Of a DNA stretch of 52,271 bases, positions 43,942-52,271 are shown piece by piece (position 1 is the first letter of the stretch; every line of letters starts with the position of its first letter). The position numbers and the translations under genes were made by a program. Below the pieces are notes generated by a model. It made no database searches, was not told the origin of the DNA, and worked only from the letters and a program-made list of their open reading frames with translations. The stretch is from a virus (Duplodnaviria > Caudoviricetes), in the IMG/VR virus record IMGVR_UViG_3300047586_000105, positions 1-52,271 of that record; one strand, written 5' to 3'.

Positions 43942-44144
43942 GAGACGAGGCCCCACCACGCGGCACCGAACATGGCTACCCCAAGTAACATGAGCAGGGC
44001 GTAGAAGGCGGCTGAAATCCGGTCCCTGCGTGAGACGATGACCGCATCCTCAGTGGCCATCGCGCCCAAGAGCACGGCGCACGCCGCGCAGGCAAGGGCG
44101 AGAAGCGGTAGCACGAAGGCAGCGAAGTGTCGGAGGACGGTCAC
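43938..44144 (-). CDS. Two-TM small membrane protein
   Basis: Two hydrophobic helices. Confidence 0.55.
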   Translation of the reverse strand: MTVLRHFAAFVLPLLALACAACAVLLGAMATEDAVIVSRRDRISAAFYALLMLLGVAMFGAAWWGLVS

Positions 44145-44563
44145 GCGCTCCTCGTTTCCACGGCCTTGAGTGCGGCACGGCAGATGGCGAGTGGGGCCGT
44201 GTCAACGTCGTCACTCATCACGAATACGCCACCGCCGAGTTGCTCCGAGACCAGGGCGCTATACTTGCCATTGAGGCGCTTCGTGACGCCGCCCATCAGT
44301 CGCCCGGATGACGTGATCTTCTCGACCACCTCCCACGCGGCGGCGATGTCCGTGGAGTAGGGCCGGAGAACGGTGTTCTTTGCTACGCCGTCTAAGTGTC
44401 CGGTTATGCCGCCGTCCGAGCGCCGCCAACCAGCTAGGAACCCGTCCGGCGATTCGAGATACTCTCCGGGTTCGCCCATCCACTTGGTCAACCACCGATA
44501 ACCCATCACCTTCTCGGCGATGAGGGCGTCCAGCTCCCGGCCAGCGGGGAGATCGTCGCTCAT
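44141..44563 (-). CDS. Phage ABA sandwich domain protein
   Basis: GRELDALIAEKVMG...YSTDIAAAWEVVEK...APLAICRAALKA. Confidence 0.75.
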   Translation of the reverse strand: MSDDLPAGRELDALIAEKVMGYRWLTKWMGEPGEYLESPDGFLAGWRRSDGGITGHLDGVAKNTVLRPYSTDIAAAWEVVEKITSSGRLMGGVTKRLNGKYSALVSEQLGGGVFVMSDDVDTAPLAICRAALKAVETRSA

Positions 44564-45651
44564 GCTGTCCTCGTTTCCACGGCCAAGTCCACCAGCCCGA
44601 GCGGACGACCGATGTAGGCGACCAGTTTCTTGCGGTCCTCAGCGATGACCGACAGCGGCAGCGCGTTCGTCCCCAACTCCCGCGTCGTGGTGCGTTCGTT
44701 GAGGTAGAGGTCGTGCACCTCGGTCGGCACGGCGTGGCCGCAGTACATCTTGACCCGGAACCTCGGGATGCCGGCGTCCTCGGCCCACTGGATGTAGGTG
44801 CGCCGGAAGGTGTGGGGCGTCACGGCGAGGTCGGGGAAGGCCCGAGCGAGCGCCGCCCGGAAACTCTTGGCCGCGTGCTCCGGCTTCGTCAGGGCGCAGA
44901 GGTAGGGCAGCACGCGATCACTGGCGCTCCGCTTCACGCCGAAGACCCGGGTGATGCCGACCTCCGCGTCCTGTCGCCAGCCATCCTCGGTGAACTCCTT
45001 CCACCGCATCCCCGAGGTCACGAGCGACCACGCCGTCCGGGCGTAGCGCGTGGGCAGCAGGATCACGCCGTCCCGGAACTCCTTCACCGTGAGGCCCGGC
45101 TTGTCGGGTCGCGTGTAGGGCATCGCCGGCACCTTGCGGAGCGCGTTCCACAGCGGGGACTCCACCTCGCCCAAAGCCCAGGTGGCGAAGGACATCAGCA
45201 CCCGCTTGTGTCGGTTGAACGTCACCGCAGCCCCCCGGCGCTCGTAGCGCGACTTGAGCGAACGGAGGAGGTCCGGCAGGTCGGAGAGCCGGGCACCCTG
45301 CCGAGCGACCGCCTCGACCTGCGTGATGGCGAGTTGGATGTCCTTCCGGTACGCCTCGGACTTGGGGTAGACCGTCGCGAAGTCCCGCAGTTTCGGCAGG
45401 AGTGGAGCGGAGGTCCGGGTGTCCCGCGCCACGAGGTCATTCAGTGTCCCGGTGGAGACGGCGTTGTAGACCTGGAGCGGGCTCACCTGTCGGTCGTAGA
45501 GTCGCTGCAGGACATCAATGCGCCCCCGCTGGACACACATCCGGACGGCGGCCCGGACATCCTGCACGAGTTTGGGGTCACTCGTGCCGACGTGCCGATG
45601 GATGCGGCCCACGCCGGGGATGACGATGTCGAGCGAGGGAGTGCCGGTCAC
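44560..45651 (-). CDS. int: Tyrosine recombinase / integrase
   Basis: Catalytic motifs SGMRWKE, VK, HTFRRT, CGH, LY. Confidence 0.8.
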   Translation of the reverse strand: MTGTPSLDIVIPGVGRIHRHVGTSDPKLVQDVRAAVRMCVQRGRIDVLQRLYDRQVSPLQVYNAVSTGTLNDLVARDTRTSAPLLPKLRDFATVYPKSEAYRKDIQLAITQVEAVARQGARLSDLPDLLRSLKSRYERRGAAVTFNRHKRVLMSFATWALGEVESPLWNALRKVPAMPYTRPDKPGLTVKEFRDGVILLPTRYARTAWSLVTSGMRWKEFTEDGWRQDAEVGITRVFGVKRSASDRVLPYLCALTKPEHAAKSFRAALARAFPDLAVTPHTFRRTYIQWAEDAGIPRFRVKMYCGHAVPTEVHDLYLNERTTTRELGTNALPLSVIAEDRKKLVAYIGRPLGLVDLAVETRTA

Positions 45652-45875
45652 TTAGACTGTGCCTCCAAGAAGGCGATGACGGCCCGCCAGAGGTAACGCC
45701 GCGTCCTTTTCCCGACGTGCAGCACGGGAAACCGAATCCGCTCCGCGCTGCGCACGCTAATCTGCAACCCGACGGCGACCTGTGCAAGCGTCAATATGGC
45801 ATTGTCCGGGTAGCAGACCGGCAACCCGAGTATCTCGGCCACCTCGTCCGACTCGTCGTCCCCTTGGTCGGCCAC
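45648..45875 (-). CDS. Excisionase-like HTH protein
   Basis: ILTLAQVAVGLQISVRS...VGKRTRRYLWRAVIAFLE; coupled to int. Confidence 0.6.
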   Translation of the reverse strand: MADQGDDESDEVAEILGLPVCYPDNAILTLAQVAVGLQISVRSAERIRFPVLHVGKRTRRYLWRAVIAFLEAQSK

Positions 45876-46190
45876 CTAGTCCTCGACCGTGGCCGGGGTC
45901 AGCGTCAGGGAGACTTCGCCCGACCGATGGCGCGTCACTTCGCCGACGAGCGCGCACCCAGGGCCGAGTTCCGGCCAGAGGTTGCACACCACCTCGGAGG
46001 GCAGGGTGAGCACCCCGTCCACCTCGACCTCGACCTCGCAGGTCGTGAGGGGCTTCACGCCCTCGTCGTAGGACTTCATCGCCTCAGCGACGGCCTCGGC
46101 GTTCATCCCGCCCCGCTTCAGGGCCATCTCGAACCGATTGCGCTCCGGACGCCGGACCCGCTTTTTCTCTGTCACCGTGGACCCCCTCAC
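45876..46190 (-). CDS. Hypothetical protein
   Basis: 104 aa ORF; start uncertain. Confidence 0.45.
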   Translation of the reverse strand: MRGSTVTEKKRVRRPERNRFEMALKRGGMNAEAVAEAMKSYDEGVKPLTTCEVEVEVDGVLTLPSEVVCNLWPELGPGCALVGEVTRHRSGEVSLTLTPATVED

Positions 46191-46206
46191 TTCGTGGTGG
46201 GGCTAC

Positions 46207-46389
46207 TTAGTTGTCGGTCGTCACCTTCTGGCAACGGCACCCGGCCCATATGCACCGCTCGACCCCGCCCCAGTGACAGTCCAGCGGATGACCGCAGTTC
46301 CTACAGGTGGGCGGCGACGCCACCTTCCGCGGCACCCGAGCCGACTTGACCGGATTGGGCCGCGCCACCGCATCCTTCGGGCCACTCAC
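46207..46389 (-). CDS. Small zinc-binding protein
   Basis: CRNCGH..DCH...C...CRC. Confidence 0.5.
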   Translation of the reverse strand: MSGPKDAVARPNPVKSARVPRKVASPPTCRNCGHPLDCHWGGVERCIWAGCRCQKVTTDN

Positions 46390-47309
46390 CCGTGGGCGTC
46401 CTCGCCCGCGAGTTCGAGGTCCAGCGCGAGGTTCTTCTTGCGGAGCGTCTCCTCGTCCTCGGGTTCCGCCTGCGGGGCCTCGGCGGTCTTCGCCTCCTTG
46501 CCGGCGGTGAGTTGCTTCTTGATGGCTTCGGCTTTCTCGGAGGTCTTCTCGCGGACGTGCTCCTCGACCTCTTTGGCCGAGTCGATGAGGTCGCTCACCA
46601 CACTGATGTCGCCCGACTCGGCCCGGTTGTCGAGTTCGATGGCGGCGGTGAGTTCCGGCGTCTGCGGGAGCATCTTGCAGTCCCGCTTGACGACGGTCTT
46701 CTTCCCCATCTGGACGTAGTCGGTGACCCACGGCCCGTCGTTGGCGGCCTTGCTCCGCTTCCGGATGGCGTCCACCTCATCCTTCGTCATGGGCTCGCCG
46801 ATGATGACCGTGCCGTCCGTCAGCCAGGTGATCGTGTAGAAGCACAGGAGGTCGTCCTGGTGCCGCGACCCGCCGAGCTTGGGCTTGTGAAGGATGAACG
46901 GCTGGCTCCCGAGGGCGTAGTCGAAGACATCGTCCTTGTAGGCGGCCCGGACGTCGATGTGCTTCACCTTCCCCGAGTTCACGGCGAGGTGCACGAGGCC
47001 GCGGTAGTCGGGGATGAGGGCGCACTCGGTGTCGCCTCGCTTGTTCTTGAAGGGCACGAGGTGCGCGTGCTGGCCGATCTCCAGGCCGAGGCGGCTGGCG
47101 TTCATGACCGCCGTGAACAGACTGATGGGCGTGCACTCCTTCAGCCGCGGCGTCTTGGCGGCGGCGAGGAAGATGAGCGTCATCATCCGCTCGGGCGTGA
47201 GGTGCTTGGGCAGCAGTTCCGCCATCCGCGGCTTCATCTGCTCGACGAGGCCCGTGAAGGTCAGGGCCTTCCCCGGCTCCTTGGCGCCGCCCTGCGCGGG
47301 TCCCGTCAC
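46386..47309 (-). CDS. recT: RecT-family single-strand annealing protein
   Basis: LPKHLTPERM, LKECTPISL, HAHLVPF, IPDYRGL, GPWVTDYVQMGKKTVVKR. Confidence 0.9.
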   Translation of the reverse strand: MTGPAQGGAKEPGKALTFTGLVEQMKPRMAELLPKHLTPERMMTLIFLAAAKTPRLKECTPISLFTAVMNASRLGLEIGQHAHLVPFKNKRGDTECALIPDYRGLVHLAVNSGKVKHIDVRAAYKDDVFDYALGSQPFILHKPKLGGSRHQDDLLCFYTITWLTDGTVIIGEPMTKDEVDAIRKRSKAANDGPWVTDYVQMGKKTVVKRDCKMLPQTPELTAAIELDNRAESGDISVVSDLIDSAKEVEEHVREKTSEKAEAIKKQLTAGKEAKTAEAPQAEPEDEETLRKKNLALDLELAGEDAHG

Positions 47310-47452
47310 TCCGCCACCTCCTCGACTACGCCGCCCTGCTTCTCGAAGTCCGCAGGCCCCAGCGCGAACACCATGATGTCCGCTGCCTGGTCTACGGCGT
47401 CGTCCACGCTCTCGGCCTCGACCGTGATGGCCACCTTGTACCGCTTGCTCAC
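47306..47452 (-). CDS. Hypothetical protein (48 aa)
   Basis: MSKRYKVAITVEAESVDDAVDQA...; overlaps at both ends. Confidence 0.55.
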   Translation of the reverse strand: MSKRYKVAITVEAESVDDAVDQAADIMVFALGPADFEKQGGVVEEVAE

Positions 47453-48381
47453 TTGGCCCCCTTGCGTAGGAAGACGGCGAACTTCTCGTAGGGTTCGCCC
47501 TGCCGCTCATACTGCGTTGGATCGATGCCGTGGGCGATGAGCGCCGCCTTGTCGATGCTGCGCCGCCCCGGCTCCGTGACGTACTGGATCGTGGCCGTGG
47601 GCAGTCGGAAGGACCCCTTCGCGGGCAGGGAGTCCTTGAGGGCGTCCTTGGCCATCGTGAACGCGGAGTTGGCTTCGTCCACGACCTTCTTGGCCTCGGC
47701 GTAGATAGCGAGTGCCGCCACGATGACCGCGTCGTCGATGACCTTGGTCTCGCCGACCGGGGTGACGTTCACCTGCGGGGCGTCCACGAGTGGCGGGGGC
47801 ACGCGCGGCAGGATGTGGTTCTGGTAGAACTTGACCGCGAGGTCGAGCAGCGCGGCGTAGAGGGCGGGGTCGAACGCGACGTCAAACGTCATCAAATCCC
47901 ATCCCTCACGGGAGAAGACGGCGTACGATCCCCACGTGAACCCGCCGAGGCCGAGGTACCATTGGAGTTGGGCGATGTGGCCGGGGAACAGGCCCTCGTT
48001 CCGCACCATGTCGAAGGCGTGGGCGCCGTGGGTCTTGATCTCCAGCAGCCCCGTCTCCGGGTGATCCTCGGCGTCCACCTTCCGGTCCGGGGTGCCCATG
48101 AGGAACGGGTAGTCGGGATGGAGGAGCACCTTGGTCTTGTACACCGTGCGCCCCGTCCGCTTGGCGTACATCCGAGCCACGATGGGTTCGAGGGTGCGAC
48201 CCGCCACCATCACGGGCGTCTCCTCCACCGCCGGCGCGAGGCCCGCCTTCTCGTTGTAAACCGAGAGGTTCGAGCGGTAGCGGTCGAGTCCCGCGATGGC
48301 GGCGACATCGGTGCCGCCGAGTTTCGTCTGGCGCATCGCCAGCCAGTCCCGACGGCGCATCGGCTTCACGGCGGCGGTCAC
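47449..48381 (-). CDS. YqaJ-like viral recombinase exonuclease
   Basis: WLAMRQTKLGGTDVAAI, GRTLEP, GTPD, LLEIKT, QLQWY. Confidence 0.9.
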   Translation of the reverse strand: MTAAVKPMRRRDWLAMRQTKLGGTDVAAIAGLDRYRSNLSVYNEKAGLAPAVEETPVMVAGRTLEPIVARMYAKRTGRTVYKTKVLLHPDYPFLMGTPDRKVDAEDHPETGLLEIKTHGAHAFDMVRNEGLFPGHIAQLQWYLGLGGFTWGSYAVFSREGWDLMTFDVAFDPALYAALLDLAVKFYQNHILPRVPPPLVDAPQVNVTPVGETKVIDDAVIVAALAIYAEAKKVVDEANSAFTMAKDALKDSLPAKGSFRLPTATIQYVTEPGRRSIDKAALIAHGIDPTQYERQGEPYEKFAVFLRKGAK

Positions 48382-48956
48382 TTGGGCGTCTCCTTGCCAT
48401 CGGCGAGGCGCGCGAGGCCCTTCTCTCGCCAGATGCGTTCGATTTCCTCGGCGGATGCTCGCTTGAAGTCAATGCCGCAAGCCGCGCATTGCATCTCGCC
48501 GTCGTCGCCGTAGAGCGTGGCGATGACGCAGCCATGCCGCAGCCAGAGCAACTTGCGAAGCGTGGCTGTCTCCCGGTCGAGCGGGGCACCAGCGGAGGCC
48601 GCGTCGCGGAGTCTCCAAATGATGCGGCGCAGTTCGTAGTAGCCCGTTTCGGCCGCATCCTGCCCACGCTCTCGGGCTGTCCTCGCGTCCGTGGCCTCAC
48701 AGATGGCGACTGCCTCGGTTATGGCCGCCGTGCTTGGCGTCGGGGGCGGCGAGGGAACGCGCAAAGCGGCGTTCCATGCCTCGGCTGCCGACTCGGCGTC
48801 ATACCACGTCGAGTGGACGTTGCCGATGCATCCCTCTGTGTCGCATCCGATGCTAACGGCCTTCCCGTTACCACCGAATAGGGTCGCCTCCTGTCCGCAG
48901 AACGGACACGGCGCCAACTGCTCCCGCGCGGTCGGGTCAGGCGCGAGGCTGCTCAC
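48378..48956 (-). CDS. Lar-like restriction alleviation domain fused to a second zinc-binding domain
   Basis: LAPCPFCG...C...C...AAEAWN; WLRHGC..LYGDDGEMQCAACGIDFKR. Confidence 0.65.
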   Translation of the reverse strand: MSSLAPDPTAREQLAPCPFCGQEATLFGGNGKAVSIGCDTEGCIGNVHSTWYDAESAAEAWNAALRVPSPPPTPSTAAITEAVAICEATDARTARERGQDAAETGYYELRRIIWRLRDAASAGAPLDRETATLRKLLWLRHGCVIATLYGDDGEMQCAACGIDFKRASAEEIERIWREKGLARLADGKETPK

Positions 48957-49204
48957 GGCATCACCTCGCGGATACGGGTGCAGTAAAGCCAGTAGGAGCA
49001 ACCCGTGTCGTCGTTCCGCACCTTCACGCGGTCGGAACTCTGCTCCTCGACGATGACGTGACGGAGGTGCTGAGCGTGTTCGTACGTCACCGCCCGATCC
49101 GGCTGGAGCGCGGCCCGCAGCGCCCTCTCAAACCGTACTACCGCAGCGCACTTGGCGAGGTAGGCGGCGATTGCTTCTCGGTCTCGAGGTTCGGTGTTAG
49201 TCAT
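48953..49204 (-). CDS. Hypothetical protein
   Basis: MTNTEPRDRE...; 83 aa. Confidence 0.5.
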   Translation of the reverse strand: MTNTEPRDREAIAAYLAKCAAVVRFERALRAALQPDRAVTYEHAQHLRHVIVEEQSSDRVKVRNDDTGCSYWLYCTRIREVMP

Positions 49205-49892
49205 TGACTGCCTTCTCCTCCTGCCGCGCCGGGGCGGCCTGCGCGGCCAGTGCAGCACGCAACGTCGGACCACGCGACACCTCGTGCCACTCACGGTCGT
49301 TCACATTGCCGGTGCGCTCGTAGAGCACGACTTCGCCGCTCTCGTAGTCGGTGTCGTGCTCAAAGTTCAGATGCTTCTCCCACCAGTCGAGCAGGGCGGT
49401 ATCGTTCGGCGTGGCGCGCACCGGGAGACGGGATAGCACGGCGTCGGCCTTGTCGAGTAAGAACTTCTGCGCCTGCTCCGGCAACTTCTCGAATGGGTCG
49501 GGGTCGTTGGGCCACTCCACCGTCTTGAGCGCCCGCGCCATCGCCTCTTGGCTGACCGTGGGGGCCGCCCGCAGCAGCCGGGCGGAGCGTTCAATGGCGA
49601 CCTGTGCGTTCGTTGCCCGTACCGATGCGGGCGCATACTGCTCAATGAGCGCCGTCGCGTCGTAGAGCAACCCCGCCAGCGCCTCGGCATCCGGCGCGGC
49701 TCGTTGCGCCGCCAAACCGAGACGAATCGTCTCCTCGGTAGCGGCGTTGAGTTGCTGCGGTGTCATCTCCGGCGCGGACGACAGCGCGTCGAGCGCTGAT
49801 GCCATCGCGTCTCCGGCGAACTGGTACTCACGATAGTCCTTGGCGTTGCGCCATTGCTCCGCGAGCCGGGCGGCGTCCGCCAGCGCGCTCAC
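49197..49892 (-). CDS. Hypothetical protein
   Basis: GTGA overlap; DTALLDW, GPTLRAAL. Confidence 0.55.
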   Translation of the reverse strand: MSALADAARLAEQWRNAKDYREYQFAGDAMASALDALSSAPEMTPQQLNAATEETIRLGLAAQRAAPDAEALAGLLYDATALIEQYAPASVRATNAQVAIERSARLLRAAPTVSQEAMARALKTVEWPNDPDPFEKLPEQAQKFLLDKADAVLSRLPVRATPNDTALLDWWEKHLNFEHDTDYESGEVVLYERTGNVNDREWHEVSRGPTLRAALAAQAAPARQEEKAVND

Positions 49893-50011
49893 CGGGACAC
49901 CCACGTCTTCACCTGACCACAGCGTGAGCAGAACACGGTGCAGGCGGCGCTGGAACCGAGTTCCCCGAGTTCCCACCGATGGCCAATAAGCCAGCAAAGC
50001 AGTCCCTTCAT
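49889..50011 (-). CDS. DUF1660-like small protein (40 aa)
   Basis: MKGLLCWLIGHRW...CSRCG. Confidence 0.6.
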   Translation of the reverse strand: MKGLLCWLIGHRWELGELGSSAACTVFCSRCGQVKTWVSR

Positions 50012-50379
50012 TTCCCCTCCTGGTGGTCGGCCCGGACGGCGTCCCGGTCAAAGGCGACGGCGCCGAAAAGTTCGTCCTCGCGGTCGCAGGCGCGGTCACG
50101 GGCGGCCCTGTAATCGGGACCGGCGCGGTTCGGCACATAGAGCGCATCCCGCTCGCGGCACGCAAAGACGTAGAAGCGCGCCACGCTCACGATGACTTCG
50201 GCGCGTTCGGCGCGGGCCTCCGCCGCCTGCACCCGCTGCGCCAGTTTCTCGACCGTCTGGCGTAGGTATTCAAGCGCGGTCATAGACGCCCTGTCGGTTC
50301 TCGCGGAGGCGAAGTCGGATGAGGACCTCATCGCGCGCTCCACGTCGGCCCGGAGGTCCGCCCGCAGCGTGTCAGCCAT
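50008..50379 (-). CDS. Hypothetical coiled-coil protein
   Basis: 123 aa; RBS GGAGG. Confidence 0.55.
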   Translation of the reverse strand: MADTLRADLRADVERAMRSSSDFASARTDRASMTALEYLRQTVEKLAQRVQAAEARAERAEVIVSVARFYVFACRERDALYVPNRAGPDYRAARDRACDREDELFGAVAFDRDAVRADHQEGK

Positions 50380-50635
50380 CGCGCGCCTCCACCACCTGAA
50401 CCGGCGGCTTCCAGGGTAGTAGATCCTCGGCGGTGAACTGCGGCACGCCGGCCAGTATCCTCCGGCGGCGCTCTTCCAGCCATCCGATCACGCGCTCGGC
50501 GTTGCGGTCCAGACACTCCCCGCAGAGCGGCGGCTTCGGCCTCCACTCCCCATCCAGCCCCAGGTGCTGCGTCGCCAGGCCGTCGGTACACGTCGCGCAC
50601 TCGACGAAGCGGGTCGGGAGGGGAGGCGTGCTCAC
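50372..50635 (-). CDS. Small zinc-finger protein
   Basis: CATC...CGEC. Confidence 0.55.
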   Translation of the reverse strand: MSTPPLPTRFVECATCTDGLATQHLGLDGEWRPKPPLCGECLDRNAERVIGWLEERRRRILAGVPQFTAEDLLPWKPPVQVVEARDG

Positions 50636-51285
50636 GCGGTCTTCTTCTTCCGGTCGAGGTACGCCTGCGCGGCGGGGTCGGAGTCGGCCAGCGCCTCAGC
50701 GATCTGCTGGAAGCCCAGCTGCTCGTCAGCGGCGCGTGTTTCTGGCGTCCTCTCATCGTCGCGTGTAGCGACTGTTCCCGTACTCCTTTTCGTACTCTCG
50801 TACTCATTCCTTATGGGCGGGCCCTCCAGGAGGGCGGGTCGAGGGCGGGTAGCGCCGTCCTCGAGGGCGGGTGTGTCGGTTTGACCCGCCCGCGTAGAGG
50901 GCTCCCCCTGGGCCCGCGTGGAGGGCGGGTTGTCGGCCTCCGTACCCGCCTTCCTAGCGGGCGGGTCACCGGCTGTCGCTTCGGCCACGATCTCGGCTAC
51001 GACGGCCTCGGGAAACGCCGCGAGGTACATCGTCGGCTGACCGACGCGCTCGGCTCGAACGATCCATCCGAGCCGCATCAGGTCGAGGAGGTGTTCCTGC
51101 ACGGCGCTGCGCGCGAGTCCCGTCTCCTGCCGAAGCAGGGCGAGCCCGGGGAAGCAGGAGTCGCCGGCGCGGCTCATGTGCATGGAGAGCACGAACGCGA
51201 CGAGCTTCGTCGTGGGCTGCAGTTCGGCCTCGAGGATAGCGCGCCGCCAATCGAACCGCCGGGTCTTCGGCTCGGCTCGGAGCAT
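50632..51285 (-). CDS. Winged-helix replication-initiator-like protein with internal iteron-like repeats
   Basis: TGATG overlap; TKLVAFVL...CFPGLALLRQETGLARSAVQEHL..L.RLGWI; four GAGGGCGGGT copies. Confidence 0.65.
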   Translation of the reverse strand: MLRAEPKTRRFDWRRAILEAELQPTTKLVAFVLSMHMSRAGDSCFPGLALLRQETGLARSAVQEHLLDLMRLGWIVRAERVGQPTMYLAAFPEAVVAEIVAEATAGDPPARKAGTEADNPPSTRAQGEPSTRAGQTDTPALEDGATRPRPALLEGPPIRNEYESTKRSTGTVATRDDERTPETRAADEQLGFQQIAEALADSDPAAQAYLDRKKKTA

Positions 51286-51776
51286 CAGGCCACCCGCTCC
51301 AGCGCCGGGTAGAACCGCCCGCCGTAGGCCGCCGAGACGTGCACCGCCATTGGCCGGTGGCCGGGGTGCTGGCGGAGGCACTCGAGACGCCCGGCCTCGC
51401 GGTCCCCGTCGAAACTGTAGACGTAGTTGAGGCGCAAGCCGCTGATCCGCCGGGACACGATCACCGACGTCCAGGGCCCATCCGGGTCGCCCTCGTTGAG
51501 CGCCAGGGCAATCTCGAACGCCGTGCCCCCGCCGGTCCCGTCCTCGCGGAGCGGCCCCAGGCCCTTCAAGCAGCTCGTGATGTGCTTCCCCTGTTCCCGG
51601 GCCGATGGTAGGGCCGCGATGGCCGCTGTGTGGCTCGTGGGCGGGTCCCCGGCCCGTGCCAGGGGTGCCGTCACGAAGGGCTCCTGAAACCGCTCCGAGG
51701 CCCACGGCGGAGGCCCTCGCGGGGCGCGCCGTGGCTCCTCGAAGAGCGGGAGGCGCTCGGCGGCAACCGGGTTCAT
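51285..51776 (-). CDS. Winged-helix phage protein (ARxxDPxTSHxAA type)
   Basis: ARAGDPPTSHTAA, GTAFEIA, VSRRISGL. Confidence 0.6.
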   Translation of the reverse strand: MNPVAAERLPLFEEPRRAPRGPPPWASERFQEPFVTAPLARAGDPPTSHTAAIAALPSAREQGKHITSCLKGLGPLREDGTGGGTAFEIALALNEGDPDGPWTSVIVSRRISGLRLNYVYSFDGDREAGRLECLRQHPGHRPMAVHVSAAYGGRFYPALERVA

Positions 51777-51895
51777 GGCAGCACCGACACCAGAAAGCCC
51801 AGGGCGGCCACCAGCACGGCCCCCAGGACCGTGATCACCACGATCGCGACGAGGCACCAGGCGGAGGGGTCGCGGAAGCGGACCGCTTGCCTCAC
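51773..51895 (-). CDS. Small membrane protein (40 aa)
   Basis: AWCLVAIVVITVLGAVLVAALGFLVSVLP; overlaps at both ends. Confidence 0.5.
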   Translation of the reverse strand: MRQAVRFRDPSAWCLVAIVVITVLGAVLVAALGFLVSVLP

Positions 51896-52271
51896 TTCTT
51901 CTTCTCCCCCTGGCCGCCGCGCACGACGCCCATGCCCCGGCGGATCCGCTCCCCGTCGCCCTGGTGCAGCGTGGCGCTCTGCCCGCCAGAGCTGATGGTC
52001 ACGCTGTCTATGCCGCTCCCCGGTTCGGGCGCCAGGGCGGCGACCGCCTCAACGACCTTCTCGGTGGCGGAGGGCTTCGCCTGCTCATCCGGCTTGCGCA
52101 TCGGCATGATCACGCCGCGCACGCCGACGAGGCCCTGGCCCGCAAAGCCGATGTGCTTGTCGGTGCCGTGGAACGTCAGATCGAGCGCCGTCACCGCCTT
52201 CAGCCTGCCGAGCATTCCGAAGAGCCGTGGCGCCACGCGCAACTCGTGGACCCGCTCCGCGGGCGAGATCC
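51892..52271 (-). CDS. 5'-truncated protein with a beta-clamp-like C-terminal motif
   Basis: Frame open to the window edge; GVIMPMR motif. Confidence 0.4.
   Translation of the reverse strand, partial: ISPAERVHELRVAPRLFGMLGRLKAVTALDLTFHGTDKHIGFAGQGLVGVRGVIMPMRKPDEQAKPSATEKVVEAVAALAPEPGSGIDSVTISSGGQSATLHQGDGERIRRGMGVVRGGQGEKKK

Noticed and set aside
1-52271. CRISPR array or cas genes
   Set aside because: No regularly spaced 25-45 bp repeats with unique spacers seen; the repeats found are coding, iteron-like or low-complexity

Overview
The window is a high-GC, temperate, podovirus-like (P22-type architecture) tailed phage genome segment, coded almost entirely on the minus strand, with no host housekeeping genes. 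In transcription order (right to left) there are six parts. (1) An early region with a winged-helix replication-initiator-like gene, a Lar-like protein, YqaJ exonuclease plus RecT, an Xis-like HTH and a tyrosine integrase. (2) An att-type site made of the 3' half of a tRNA with a CAT anticodon (42164-42208). (3) A second initiator-like gene (DUF1376-like), VRR-NUC and HNH nucleases. (4) An oppositely transcribed + strand cluster of small genes (32575-35395) with tRNA-like T-arm mini-structures between genes. (5) The small terminase, then a ~5.6 kb insert before the large terminase carrying an Rnl1-type RNA ligase, an NDT-like/DUF6378-like fusion, a complete phage-encoded tmRNA with an unusually long 26-aa tag, a second structured RNA candidate and a GH108-like lysozyme. 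(6) Large terminase, portal, scaffold, capsid, two paralogous head-associated proteins, adaptor, gp10-like nozzle, several fibre/tailspike proteins and putative ejection proteins. The most striking items are the tmRNA/RNA-ligase translation-rescue island, the tRNA-like mini-structures, a 26-bp inverted repeat bracketing terS and the + strand cluster, and three initiator-like genes each with internal repeats. All family assignments come from motif recognition by eye, not database searches. Many start codons were moved to fit RBS or stop/start overlaps.
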